Virus record (IMG/VR): IMGVR_UViG_3300032312_000788
Span: 10,986-74,985 of that record
Length of the DNA: 64,000 bases
DNA from: a virus
Taxonomy: Duplodnaviria > Heunggongvirae > Uroviricota > Caudoviricetes
Direction: 5' to 3' (one strand)
Shown: positions 39,588 to 48,942 of the stretch, piece after piece
How positions within the stretch are numbered: position 1 is the stretch's first letter
How the letters are laid out: each line of letters begins with the position of its first letter
Translations under genes and position numbers: made by a program
Notes under the pieces: generated by a model
What the model was told of the DNA's origin: nothing
Databases searched by the model: none
Seen by the model: only the letters and a program-made list of their open reading frames with translations

Positions 39588-40226
39588 TTAAATATCTAAA
39601 GATTTAGAGTTTGGTTGTAGAAGTTCACCATCTCTTGTGCTAATATTTTCTATTGTAGTGAATGGTAATTTTTTTGGACGATATGCAGACAATCCACTTT
39701 GATGTAATGCTTGTATTAAGACTGATTCATAAAATATTCCATGAATATCTCCAGAGTCCCCCATTTTATTTGATGCTAGTATTTGATAAGCATGCAATAG
39801 GAAATTTCTTTGCTTCAGTAATACTGTATTATACAATATAGCATGTGTTCCAAAAAATGGTGGCAATACTTTTACGAATAAATCATCGCTAGGTATATAA
39901 TTCTCACATGTTTCACTCCCTAAAATTAAGATACCGCAATCGTCAGGTGTGGGTGATGATAGAATATCATTCCACACATCATCCCATATATCCATTCTCG
40001 GGGATGCATCATCTTCCAACACCAATATAGGATTATTTGTATTATAAACCGAATATAAATGACTCAATGAGCATCCTCTGACCGATCTAGGAGAATTGTC
40101 TTCTTCCCATGTAGGAACAATAGCTGATGTTATTTTGGCTCCATAAATACCAAATAACATACAAAGATTTACAGCGTTTTCAGCACGTTCTGTGTGACTA
40201 GGTAAATGTATTATATTAACTTCCAT
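39588..40226 (-). CDS. Glycosyltransferase family 25-like
   Basis: IIHL...ER, GCSLSH, ILVLEDDA, GTHAILY: the GT25 (LgtB/LPS galactosyltransferase-type) motif set. Confidence 0.8.
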   Translation of the reverse strand: MEVNIIHLPSHTERAENAVNLCMLFGIYGAKITSAIVPTWEEDNSPRSVRGCSLSHLYSVYNTNNPILVLEDDASPRMDIWDDVWNDILSSPTPDDCGILILGSETCENYIPSDDLFVKVLPPFFGTHAILYNTVLLKQRNFLLHAYQILASNKMGDSGDIHGIFYESVLIQALHQSGLSAYRPKKLPFTTIENISTRDGELLQPNSKSLDI

Positions 40227-40255
40227 TAAATTAAATACAATCTAACTTGTTATTT

Positions 40256-41209
40256 TCAAGTATAAATAAGAATCTTTCTATTAACTCCATTCAACCTAAC
40301 AGTCAGATATGATCCAGTTGATGCGCCTGTTCCTGATGTCAATAGGGGATAGCTAGTCGATCCAATAGCAATGGTATTTGATTGTGTGGCTACAGCAGAG
40401 TCGCCCAATACAATACAATTAGATGTCGATAATGGTAATACACTAGTATTTGCACCAATTAATTGATTTCGTTGGCCAGTTACGGATTCCCCCGCATAAT
40501 ACCCAAAGAAATTACAATTAATTGCCGTGGTTGCACCATTTCCAGCATACGCACCTATAAAATTAGAATTTTTAGCATCGGTAGCACTACCCCCAGCAAG
40601 AGTTCCTAAAAAATTAGAATCACTTGCATTGTGAGCACCAGTTCCAGCCTCCGGTCCTATAAAATTAGAATTATTAGCACTATGAGCACCATTTCCAGCA
40701 TACTGACCTATAAAATTAGAATTATTAGCATCGGTAGCACCTAACCCAGCAAATTGACCTATAAAATTAGAATTATTTGCATTATATGCACCTAACCCAG
40801 CACTTACACCTAAGAAAACAGAATATGGTGCCACATCATTATGGTCAGTAACACCAAAATATGTTTCAACATTTTTTATAGTAAAATTACCACCCGATAA
40901 ATTTAAAGTTTTTGCTGTAAGAGGACCGTTAATAGTTTGTCCAGTTGTAAAATTATTATTTGTATTTTTTAGAGCGTAATTAGCTGAATTAGCTGAAAAT
41001 GATGTATATGTATTTTGCCAATTGGCACTTAGAGTAGATACATTCGATCCTCCGCTACCACCAGATGCACTTAAAGATAGTCCACTTAAAACGTAAGTTT
41101 TAACACTACTAAGAGTTGATGTAACAGTCACACCGTTTTGGTTCATTAAAACTATTTCACGCCCCGATAGAGGTTGTGCAGCAGATGTTAATTGAGAAAT
41201 TTTAGGCAT
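40256..41209 (-). CDS. Tail fibre/adhesin with beta-roll repeats
   Basis: PKISQL N-terminus; SANWQNTY..SANSA segment; seven 17-aa NSNFIG..AG.GA repeats. Confidence 0.75.
   Translation of the reverse strand: MPKISQLTSAAQPLSGREIVLMNQNGVTVTSTLSSVKTYVLSGLSLSASGGSGGSNVSTLSANWQNTYTSFSANSANYALKNTNNNFTTGQTINGPLTAKTLNLSGGNFTIKNVETYFGVTDHNDVAPYSVFLGVSAGLGAYNANNSNFIGQFAGLGATDANNSNFIGQYAGNGAHSANNSNFIGPEAGTGAHNASDSNFLGTLAGGSATDAKNSNFIGAYAGNGATTAINCNFFGYYAGESVTGQRNQLIGANTSVLPLSTSNCIVLGDSAVATQSNTIAIGSTSYPLLTSGTGASTGSYLTVRLNGVNRKILIYT
40480..40830 (-). repeat. Seven imperfect 51-bp coding repeats
   Basis: CC(T/A)A..AA.. anchor recurs at 40503, 40554, 40605, 40656, 40707, 40758 and 40809. Confidence 0.9.
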
Positions 41210-41292
41210 ATTATTATTTAGTCTATAGAAAAATTGTTTTAATAATTTAAAAATATTCTTGCTATTTCATGATTCTGGATAAATAGGAACAA

Positions 41293-41508
41293 ATGAGTAA
41301 AAAACTACTTAAAAAACTAAAGGATAAAGAAGAGAAACTTATCGATGCGATCTATGAATTACAAGAATTCTTAGATTCGACTGAAGATGAAGAATTGAGT
41401 TCTATGGGTGATTCGTTTTCCGAAGCCATTCAAAATTTCATTAATGACAATGATACAATCACTCTAGATTCTATCAAAGAATACATTGAAAACGAAATGG
41501 ATGCTTGA
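41293..41508 (+). CDS. Small acidic hypothetical protein
   Basis: 71 aa, helical and acidic; TAAATA 7 nt upstream. Confidence 0.65.
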   Translation: MSKKLLKKLKDKEEKLIDAIYELQEFLDSTEDEELSSMGDSFSEAIQNFINDNDTITLDSIKEYIENEMDA

Positions 41509-41532
41509 CATCTGATCATTTCATGATAATCT
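41505..41532 (+). promoter_or_regulatory. Sigma70-type early promoter of gp44
   Basis: TTGACA-N16-TAATCT with TG; ATG 6 nt downstream. Confidence 0.75.
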
Positions 41533-41538
41533 AGCTCC

Positions 41539-42459
41539 ATGAGTGATTTCTCTGGGTTATGGGTTGAAAAGTATCGTCCACATACATTGGATGATTTGTG
41601 TATTTCTGAAGAAACGAAGGATATCATAAAATCTTTCGGTGAAGAAATACCAAATTTGCTATTAACGGGTAATGCTGGGGTCGGAAAAACATCCTTAGCC
41701 AGAATTATTGTATTGGATATTCTAAAATGTGATTATCTTTATATCAATGCATCTGATGAGAACGGTATCGATACCGTAAGAAACAAAATCAATGGATTTG
41801 TTCAAACTAAAAGTTTCGATGGTAATATAAAGGTCGTTATTTTAGACGAAATCGACAATTTTAGTAAAAATGGGCAAGACGCCCTAAGAAACATGATGGA
41901 ATCTTATGCTGATAACGCTAGATTCATACTCACAGGTAATTACAAACACAAAATATCAACACCTTTACAATCAAGGTGTCAGTTTTTGGATATTAGACCA
42001 TCTTTACCACAAGCACTAAAGAGATGCTTACAAATACTCATTGCAGAAGGTGTCGAAACTTCTCAGGATGAGAAGAAACAGCTAGCCACACTAGTAAAAT
42101 CACATTTTCCTGATTTAAGAAAATGTATCAATGAGATGCAGAAGTATGTCGTCGGATCTGAATTAAAAATCACTCAAAAAGTCAATAATAATAAAGTTTG
42201 TGAGAAAATATGCTCAAATATCGAAGATGGAAATACACTATCTTTAAGGAAATACCTAATACAGAATGATGAAATCTTTAATTCTGATTGGGATCAATTA
42301 TTAGTTGATTTATTGAATTATATCTATACAAAAAGCATAGAAGATTCAAAGAAAAAGGCAATGATATTAACCATTGCCGATCATCTTGAGAAAGCTACCA
42401 GAGTTAATGATAAAGAGATTAACTTCTTTGCTTGTGTATTGAATTTGGAACAGATTTAG
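41539..42459 (+). CDS. gp44: Clamp loader AAA+ subunit (RFC small subunit-like)
   Basis: WVEKYRP, Walker A GNAGVGKT, INASDE, Walker B ILDEID, SRC, PDLRK. Confidence 0.95.
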   Translation: MSDFSGLWVEKYRPHTLDDLCISEETKDIIKSFGEEIPNLLLTGNAGVGKTSLARIIVLDILKCDYLYINASDENGIDTVRNKINGFVQTKSFDGNIKVVILDEIDNFSKNGQDALRNMMESYADNARFILTGNYKHKISTPLQSRCQFLDIRPSLPQALKRCLQILIAEGVETSQDEKKQLATLVKSHFPDLRKCINEMQKYVVGSELKITQKVNNNKVCEKICSNIEDGNTLSLRKYLIQNDEIFNSDWDQLLVDLLNYIYTKSIEDSKKKAMILTIADHLEKATRVNDKEINFFACVLNLEQI

Positions 42460-43121
42460 CGTCCCATACCTTGTTTGAAGGCTTTACCGACTCCACCCAG
42501 AGGGCCTTTATCCCTTGCTTGTTGAGCGAAGTCTCCTGTGCTTTGTTTCACAGCATCTAGAGTGTCAATAATTTCACTCAGAGACATATCAGAGACATTT
42601 CCACGAACATTTCCTAAAATTCCTGACTGTTGGGCTTGTGTGATCAAATCAATCAATTGTTGTGTTGACTCTCTGGCTTGTAATAGAGCATCTTGTGATT
42701 GTTTATCAGCTACACCAGTTTGATACATATCAGATACATTAGATCCGATTTGTTTAGCACCGGAAGCAACACCAGAACCAACTTTTTTAGCACCGGAAGC
42801 GACATTAGACCCGAATTGTTTAGCGGCTTGGACACCTTGACCAACTCTATTGCCTACAGCTTGAGATGCGCTTCGTGCAGCACTAGCAGCACTACCACCA
42901 ACACCTTTTCCGAGATTTCCTAGACCCGCTTTGAGATTACCGAAGAATCCCTCTAAAATTCTTTCTGATACAGTAGAAACATAAATCAATTCCGATTCAC
43001 TCATCAAATCTAGATTATTATAAACTTGATTTAGTGTCATTCCGGGAATAGACTCCTTGAGTAGTTGTAGAGTGTATGCCTCAGTTAGCATTATCTGATC
43101 GCGTTGGGAATATGATGTCAT
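42456..43121 (-). CDS. Gly/Ala-rich late protein with 11-mer repeats, probable head-internal protein
   Basis: TAAATA-N5-ATG; MTSYSQRDQIMLTE|A; AKQFGSNVASG/AKKVGSGVASG/AKQIGSNVSDM (33-bp period at 42753, 42786, 42819). Confidence 0.75.
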   Translation of the reverse strand: MTSYSQRDQIMLTEAYTLQLLKESIPGMTLNQVYNNLDLMSESELIYVSTVSERILEGFFGNLKAGLGNLGKGVGGSAASAARSASQAVGNRVGQGVQAAKQFGSNVASGAKKVGSGVASGAKQIGSNVSDMYQTGVADKQSQDALLQARESTQQLIDLITQAQQSGILGNVRGNVSDMSLSEIIDTLDAVKQSTGDFAQQARDKGPLGGVGKAFKQGMGR

Positions 43122-43123
43122 GA

Positions 43124-43165
43124 TATTATTTAGTTAGTCGTGATTATTATTTAGTTAGTCGTGAT
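43124..43165. repeat. Perfect 21-bp tandem duplication containing the late promoter box
   Basis: TATTATTTAGTTAGTCGTGAT x2, each copy reading CTAAATA on the - strand. Confidence 0.95.
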
Positions 43166-43173
43166 TATTATTA

Positions 43174-43998
43174 TTATTTTACAACTTGGGAGATATAGTT
43201 CAGAATATATTCGTATAGAGCTTGAGCGTGTTGATTATAATCTCCACCAAAGGATTTGCTGATGTCTTTTCCGATATCTAATGCCGCTGATTGGGCAAAT
43301 TGATGTTTCTGTCCCTGTTTTTGAAGTGGATTAGACTTAAAACCACCCGCGAATTTGGTGGCTAGTCTACGAAGCATACCCTCTTCAATCAAAACCTTTT
43401 GATAAATGGGATAATAATCGGTAGGTGAATACATTTCATTCAATATATCACCCAATTTTTCGTTATCCTTTGTCATTAATGTAGATTCACCAGCTAGTTT
43501 CAAGTTAGTTGGAGTATTTTTACCATTACCTTTATCAGTAAGACGAGTGATATTTTTCATATCGGAAACATACTCCTCGGCTTTACCTGACATATACTTA
43601 CTATCGTCTCTATAAAATTTATCAGGGATTGTCGGGCTAGGATCATTCATTGTTACTGGCTCGATCATATCTGTACCAACAGTAACAGTGCTATAATAGC
43701 GTCCACCTCCTTGATCGCAAGCAAGTGTAACCACTACATCATCAGCTTTTTTGTGTTGATTTCCAGCAGAAACACCAGAAAGACGATCACCGACTTGAAC
43801 AACACGAATATTAAGCCCACATTTAGTCATTTTATCGACTTCATCGCGCATATTGCTAGGCATGGCTTTGTAAGTTGCATTTTTCTTATAGTCTGATCTG
43901 AATTCTACTATATCACCCGGAAGATAACCACCAATATTTCCGCGAGAGTTCACAGATTCTAAAATCGAATCGTAAATTTCATCAAATTTAATTCCCAT
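43174..43998 (-). CDS. Hypothetical late protein, probable head-internal protein; start revised from 44058
   Basis: TAAATA(44004-44009)-N5-ATG; MGIKFDEIYDSILE|S; ends in a run of TAA codons. Confidence 0.7.
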   Translation of the reverse strand: MGIKFDEIYDSILESVNSRGNIGGYLPGDIVEFRSDYKKNATYKAMPSNMRDEVDKMTKCGLNIRVVQVGDRLSGVSAGNQHKKADDVVVTLACDQGGGRYYSTVTVGTDMIEPVTMNDPSPTIPDKFYRDDSKYMSGKAEEYVSDMKNITRLTDKGNGKNTPTNLKLAGESTLMTKDNEKLGDILNEMYSPTDYYPIYQKVLIEEGMLRRLATKFAGGFKSNPLQKQGQKHQFAQSAALDIGKDISKSFGGDYNQHAQALYEYILNYISQVVK

Positions 43999-44034
43999 GT
44001 TCATATTTAGTAATATCATATGATAAATAACAAT

Positions 44035-44445
44035 ATGAAGTTTGATAAATTGGTTCAAATAGTTACTGAGGGTGGTAAAAGACCATCAGCACCTAAAAAT
44101 ATGGAAAGTGGTAGGATTAATAATGATGAGGAATCATTTGATCAAGCTTTTGATCGTTTGATATTTGAAACACATATCGATGAAGATGATTATAAGTGTG
44201 ATATGATAGAAATTTTAGAAAAATGCACTGGACCAACTAAAAAAACTAGCAGCGACCGAAAAGGTAAAAAATGGATGAAATGTGCGAAGCAACCAGATGG
44301 TTCCTATAAGAAAATACATTTCGGACAAAAAGGTGTTCGAGTTGGTAGTGGAAATTCGAAAAGAGCTAAAGCCTTCCGTGCTAGGCATAATTGCAAAAAC
44401 GCTAAACAGGGTAGCCCCCAGCAAGCCTCTTGCGAAAATTGGTAA
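44035..44445 (+). CDS. Late protein with basic Cys/His C-terminal domain, probable head-internal protein; start revised from 44020
   Basis: TAAATA-N5-ATG; MKFDKLVQIVTE|G; KKIHFGQ...AFRARHNC...SCENW. Confidence 0.75.
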   Translation: MKFDKLVQIVTEGGKRPSAPKNMESGRINNDEESFDQAFDRLIFETHIDEDDYKCDMIEILEKCTGPTKKTSSDRKGKKWMKCAKQPDGSYKKIHFGQKGVRVGSGNSKRAKAFRARHNCKNAKQGSPQQASCENW

Positions 44446-44450
44446 CGTGT

Positions 44451-44936
44451 ATGGCAATTAAAATAAATTCCCTAAAAATAGATAAACTTTCAGATAAAGC
44501 TCTAAAAAGCGATTATCTATATAAAGATTTAGCGTTAGATTTATCCCAAGATGTATCATATAATAATCAATTAAATAAAACAGAAACTCTGAAAGATGTC
44601 AGAGCAATATATGACATAGAATCGGTTAAAAATAGCATCACAACAGCGTTTTTAACGTCACCGGGAGATAAAATACTAAATCCCACCTATGGGGTCGATT
44701 TGAGACAATTTGTATTCGAACCAATCGATGATTTTACTTCAGAAATCATCCAAGACCTGATCGAAACACAACTACCTATAATGGAACCAAGGGTTGTTGT
44801 GCGGGATGTATCTGTTATAGGGGATGAAGACATCAATCAATACAATATATCATTGACTATCGATGTCCCGTCTTTGAATATATACGGCGTTTCTATCAAA
44901 TCAGAGTTGAATAATGTTGGATACACTATTTTGTGA
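44451..44936 (+). CDS. gp25: Baseplate wedge subunit
   Basis: YKDL, D.ESVKNSI, T.PGDKILNPTYG.DL..F.FEP, EPRV. Confidence 0.88.
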   Translation: MAIKINSLKIDKLSDKALKSDYLYKDLALDLSQDVSYNNQLNKTETLKDVRAIYDIESVKNSITTAFLTSPGDKILNPTYGVDLRQFVFEPIDDFTSEIIQDLIETQLPIMEPRVVVRDVSVIGDEDINQYNISLTIDVPSLNIYGVSIKSELNNVGYTIL

Positions 44937-44950
44937 GCTAAATAGTAATA

Positions 44951-46759
44951 ATGGCAACGCCCGATTACAATTTACCTCAAAATGCATACGTTAATTTTGA
45001 TGCTACATCATTGAAATCATTTATGATTAGTAGACTGAACGAAGAGGGTCAGTTTACAGATCAAAATTATGAGGGTTCTAATATATCATCATTGTTAGAT
45101 ATACTGGGCTATTTTACCCACGTATTGTTATTTTATTTGAACCAAACATCATCTGAGTCGTCATTTTCACAGGCTTCAATCTATGAGAACATGAATAAAA
45201 TCGTAAAAATGATAGGTTATAAGCCTACAGGTAAACAGACCTCTCTTGTTTCAGTTGATTGTAACGCATCTGGTAGTTTAAATGTTGGTAACTACCGTAT
45301 ACGTAAATATAGCTATTTTTTAATCGATAATATTCAATACACTTTCCCTAACGACGAATATTTTGAAAAATTGATAAGTGGAGACGAGAAAATTGATTCT
45401 ATTGGAGAAAATTCTATCCTATATCAAGGAACTGTCGGGGAATATCCGATATATACAGCGGAAGGATTAAACTACGAAACTTTTCCGATTGTTGTGGATA
45501 ATATCGTAGATAGTAGAGATACTAGATTTATCTCACACAATTCGATTAGCGTATATGTTAAAGAATTAGATAATGACACATGGTTTGAATATACTGAGTC
45601 AGATAGTTTGTATTTAACAGAGTCTAATAAACGTGTATATGAGTTGAGGCTCAATGAAAATGGACATTACGAAATTAAATTTGGTAATTCAGTTTTTGGG
45701 AGAAAATTAAATCCCGGAGACGAAGTTGCTGTTTTTTATATTCTCAGCGATGGTCAAAAAGGACAGATAAGCAAAAATGCCATAAACGGTAATAAATTGT
45801 TCACCTACAATAGCTCTAGGTTTAATACAATATACGATGGACTTACTCAAGAATTGGACTCTATTTTAATTTCAGACTCGAATAGAAATTTCTTAACTTT
45901 CACGAATCCATCCAATTCAACTATAATTCAAGATGCTGAAACTGTCGAGGAGATAAGAGAAAATGCACCCACATTTTTATCATCTCAACTTAGACTAGTA
46001 ACCGAGAATGATTTTGAAAGATATCTCAAAAAGTCTATACCAAATATCTTACAAGATGTTAAAGTTGTGAATAACAAAACATTCGTAGATGAATATATCG
46101 ATTATTTTTACAAAATATGTATAGATCCAAACAAATCTAATCGGGTTATATTGAATCAAGTAAATTTCGCAGACTCTTGTGATTTTAATAACGTTAATGT
46201 GTTCCTAGTTCCAAAATTTCAAATATTAGAAGATTCTCAATACCCAGATTTCTTAACTAATAGTTTCAAAAATCTTGTTAAGGATTTGACCGATGATAAG
46301 AAGATGATATCCAATGAAATAGTTCCAAGAGATCCGGTATACATAGCTTTGGATATCGGATTTGCTAATGTCGGAATAACAAAGGATATTTCGAAAGATA
46401 CACAACTGATAATTGTTAGAGAAAAGAATAACAATATAAATAAAGAAAGCATAAAAAATAAAGTAGTTGATATCATTCTAAATTATTTCAAACCAACAAA
46501 TGTTACACTCGGACAAACTATAAATATGTCCGATATAACATCATCAATTTTATCAATAGACGGTGTGAAGTCTTTAAAGACTTTTAATAACAAAGAGAAT
46601 ATATATTATAATGGATTATCGTTCATTTCATGGAACCCAGTATATGATGGTGTTGATGAAAGTCTAATAAATCAGACAACGACTTTACAGTTTTTTAAAT
46701 TTCCTTACATATATAATCCAAAATCACTAATAACCAAAATTGTTGTAGTAGATGAGTAA
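44951..46759 (+). CDS. gp6: Baseplate wedge subunit
   Basis: FDATSLK..MI, FTDQNYEGSN.S.LLD, IGYKP, Y.I.FGN..FGRK, SDG..G, ET.EEIR.NAP, RLVTENDF. Confidence 0.9.
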   Translation: MATPDYNLPQNAYVNFDATSLKSFMISRLNEEGQFTDQNYEGSNISSLLDILGYFTHVLLFYLNQTSSESSFSQASIYENMNKIVKMIGYKPTGKQTSLVSVDCNASGSLNVGNYRIRKYSYFLIDNIQYTFPNDEYFEKLISGDEKIDSIGENSILYQGTVGEYPIYTAEGLNYETFPIVVDNIVDSRDTRFISHNSISVYVKELDNDTWFEYTESDSLYLTESNKRVYELRLNENGHYEIKFGNSVFGRKLNPGDEVAVFYILSDGQKGQISKNAINGNKLFTYNSSRFNTIYDGLTQELDSILISDSNRNFLTFTNPSNSTIIQDAETVEEIRENAPTFLSSQLRLVTENDFERYLKKSIPNILQDVKVVNNKTFVDEYIDYFYKICIDPNKSNRVILNQVNFADSCDFNNVNVFLVPKFQILEDSQYPDFLTNSFKNLVKDLTDDKKMISNEIVPRDPVYIALDIGFANVGITKDISKDTQLIIVREKNNNINKESIKNKVVDIILNYFKPTNVTLGQTINMSDITSSILSIDGVKSLKTFNNKENIYYNGLSFISWNPVYDGVDESLINQTTTLQFFKFPYIYNPKSLITKIVVVDE

Positions 46760-48938
46760 TACAACCACATATATAAATTTTAGTTCTATAGACTACAAGA
46801 ATGAGAATTCTTTATCTTCTTATGCTTTAGAATTAACCCCCTTAATATTTTATCCTGATCTAGATAAAAAAACAACTAGCAGACTTGTATGGGATTTTGG
46901 AGATGGGACCACAACAACAGCATATTCGGCTAGTAAGCATTACACATTTCCCGGAACATATAATGTAAACTTGATCATATATGATTGTGATACGAATGCT
47001 AAAATTTCAACATTCGAAAAGAGTATTGTAATAAAAGATTATATACCTTTCACGCATAAAATTAATATAAATGGTAGGGTTATTACAGAGGATGGCAATC
47101 CGATGATATCTGAAGATGGTGATCAGATAATTTTCGACATTATAGATGATTTGAAATTCAAGGTTGGATCTATAGAAGGACCAATCATATTCACTGGTTA
47201 CTTCCCACCGTATCAATCAGTATCTAACATATTTTATAGTGTATCGGGTAGTAATTCAATTAATTATTGGAATCTTAGTTCTGATAAATTCAATCATTTA
47301 CAGAAATACAATACTTTCTATAAAAAGAATTATAATTATTTGTTATCTTCTTACGAATATGAGGAGATACCTTATATTACTCTCAGTGGATCAGATGTAT
47401 ATGCTAGAGTAAAAAATAGTTCCATAGAACGATGTTCAAAAGATGACCCAAATGCTAAAGTCGTAGGAAAAATTTGTGAGGGTGAAGCGTATTTCAAAGA
47501 TGATAGTATATCAGATGAAATACTAATCCAAACTTGGTTCGATAAAACAAATAATGACGTAACGTTTTACAATAAATCAAAGGTTAATTATTTGAATAAT
47601 TTAGGAATAACGTTAAGTGCTAAAATCACAGATAATCCTGCATACAAACTATCAATTACATCAAATGGGTTGGATGGTGAAAAATACATCAGTCAATCAT
47701 TTAATATTTCACCTATAAAATTTTCCAACACGGAAATACCATTCGTGGTAAAGATTAAAGATGTCGATAATACGACTGTGAAGAATTTTAATAATATTCA
47801 ATTATCATCTTTAAATATAACATTATCCGCTATTGGAGATGTTGTCTTGTTAAATGAAGGTGGTCAAGAATTGTTAGATGAAAGTGGTTCCATTATATAC
47901 GGAAGTGGTTTACATTATTTAATACCATCAGAGAATTATAACATATACAAATTAAATGATCCTAGTGGTGATGGATTTTTTAGAGGATTTGTTAAGTTTA
48001 CTGATCTATCTGATCCTATATACAATGTGACTATTAATATAATCACAACACTCTCAAGCGATCAACTATCAACATATACTTTAACTGGACAATCTAATAA
48101 ATTTAATGTGTATAACAAAAATTTTTACGATCTGTATAAGAAAGATGAAGATTTTTCATCCTCAAAAACTATACAAGATTTAATATTTCAAGAATCGATG
48201 ATGAATAAACCTAGATTATTCGAAGATTTTATTGGTGGTGTGTTGGGTAATGAAAATCTTAATCACGAGGATATAGGTGTCAAAATATATGAAAAAATCA
48301 GTAATTTTGTCAATAATACCCAAAATTTAGACACATGTGAAGTAGATTATTTAAATTCTATTTCTGATTATTTGGATTACGATGACATAGGAGAAGAAAT
48401 ATATATATATCCAGAAAAAGTTAAGAGAATTATAAATTTAGCTTCTATAAATAAAAACTCTCTAGTTGGAGAATTGAATAAATTCAATGAAAATTTCGAT
48501 ATAAAAGGACGGTCATCCAAATTAGAATACGGTAAAAATATAGGTGATAAAATTGATGTTTTTGCATACATGGTGGATAAAAATATGCCTATAGTTGCTC
48601 TAGAAAAATTTAGCAACACCTATATTAAAATAAACACATATCAACCGAGTATATCTCTCAGTTCAAACACATACCCATTATCGAGTTATAATGATAACTG
48701 GGGATGGCCTTTAGTATTACCCAAAGAGTTTAATATAAACGAAATCGACAAATATTATGCATTTTTTTCTTTCGTTGATGATAGTGACGATACACCAACA
48801 GGTGGTGTTGTAGATTATAATAATACCAAGACAAATATTGATAGATATGTCTCAAATGCTTCACTATATGGAAAATCTGGAGTTTTTGATCATATGATTC
48901 TAGATACTTTATATCAAGCTCTATCTATCGTTAAATAA
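46752..48938 (+). CDS. Baseplate wedge-associated protein with PKD domain
   Basis: WDFGDGT....SKHYTFPGTYNV (PKD); follows gp6 with an 8-nt overlap. Confidence 0.7.
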   Translation: MSNTTTYINFSSIDYKNENSLSSYALELTPLIFYPDLDKKTTSRLVWDFGDGTTTTAYSASKHYTFPGTYNVNLIIYDCDTNAKISTFEKSIVIKDYIPFTHKININGRVITEDGNPMISEDGDQIIFDIIDDLKFKVGSIEGPIIFTGYFPPYQSVSNIFYSVSGSNSINYWNLSSDKFNHLQKYNTFYKKNYNYLLSSYEYEEIPYITLSGSDVYARVKNSSIERCSKDDPNAKVVGKICEGEAYFKDDSISDEILIQTWFDKTNNDVTFYNKSKVNYLNNLGITLSAKITDNPAYKLSITSNGLDGEKYISQSFNISPIKFSNTEIPFVVKIKDVDNTTVKNFNNIQLSSLNITLSAIGDVVLLNEGGQELLDESGSIIYGSGLHYLIPSENYNIYKLNDPSGDGFFRGFVKFTDLSDPIYNVTINIITTLSSDQLSTYTLTGQSNKFNVYNKNFYDLYKKDEDFSSSKTIQDLIFQESMMNKPRLFEDFIGGVLGNENLNHEDIGVKIYEKISNFVNNTQNLDTCEVDYLNSISDYLDYDDIGEEIYIYPEKVKRIINLASINKNSLVGELNKFNENFDIKGRSSKLEYGKNIGDKIDVFAYMVDKNMPIVALEKFSNTYIKINTYQPSISLSSNTYPLSSYNDNWGWPLVLPKEFNINEIDKYYAFFSFVDDSDDTPTGGVVDYNNTKTNIDRYVSNASLYGKSGVFDHMILDTLYQALSIVK

Positions 48939-48942
48939 GATT

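Noticed and set aside
41285-41292. AGGA Shine-Dalgarno-like site before 41293
   Set aside because: Isolated case lying within 7 nt of a TAAATA box; not evidence for general SD use
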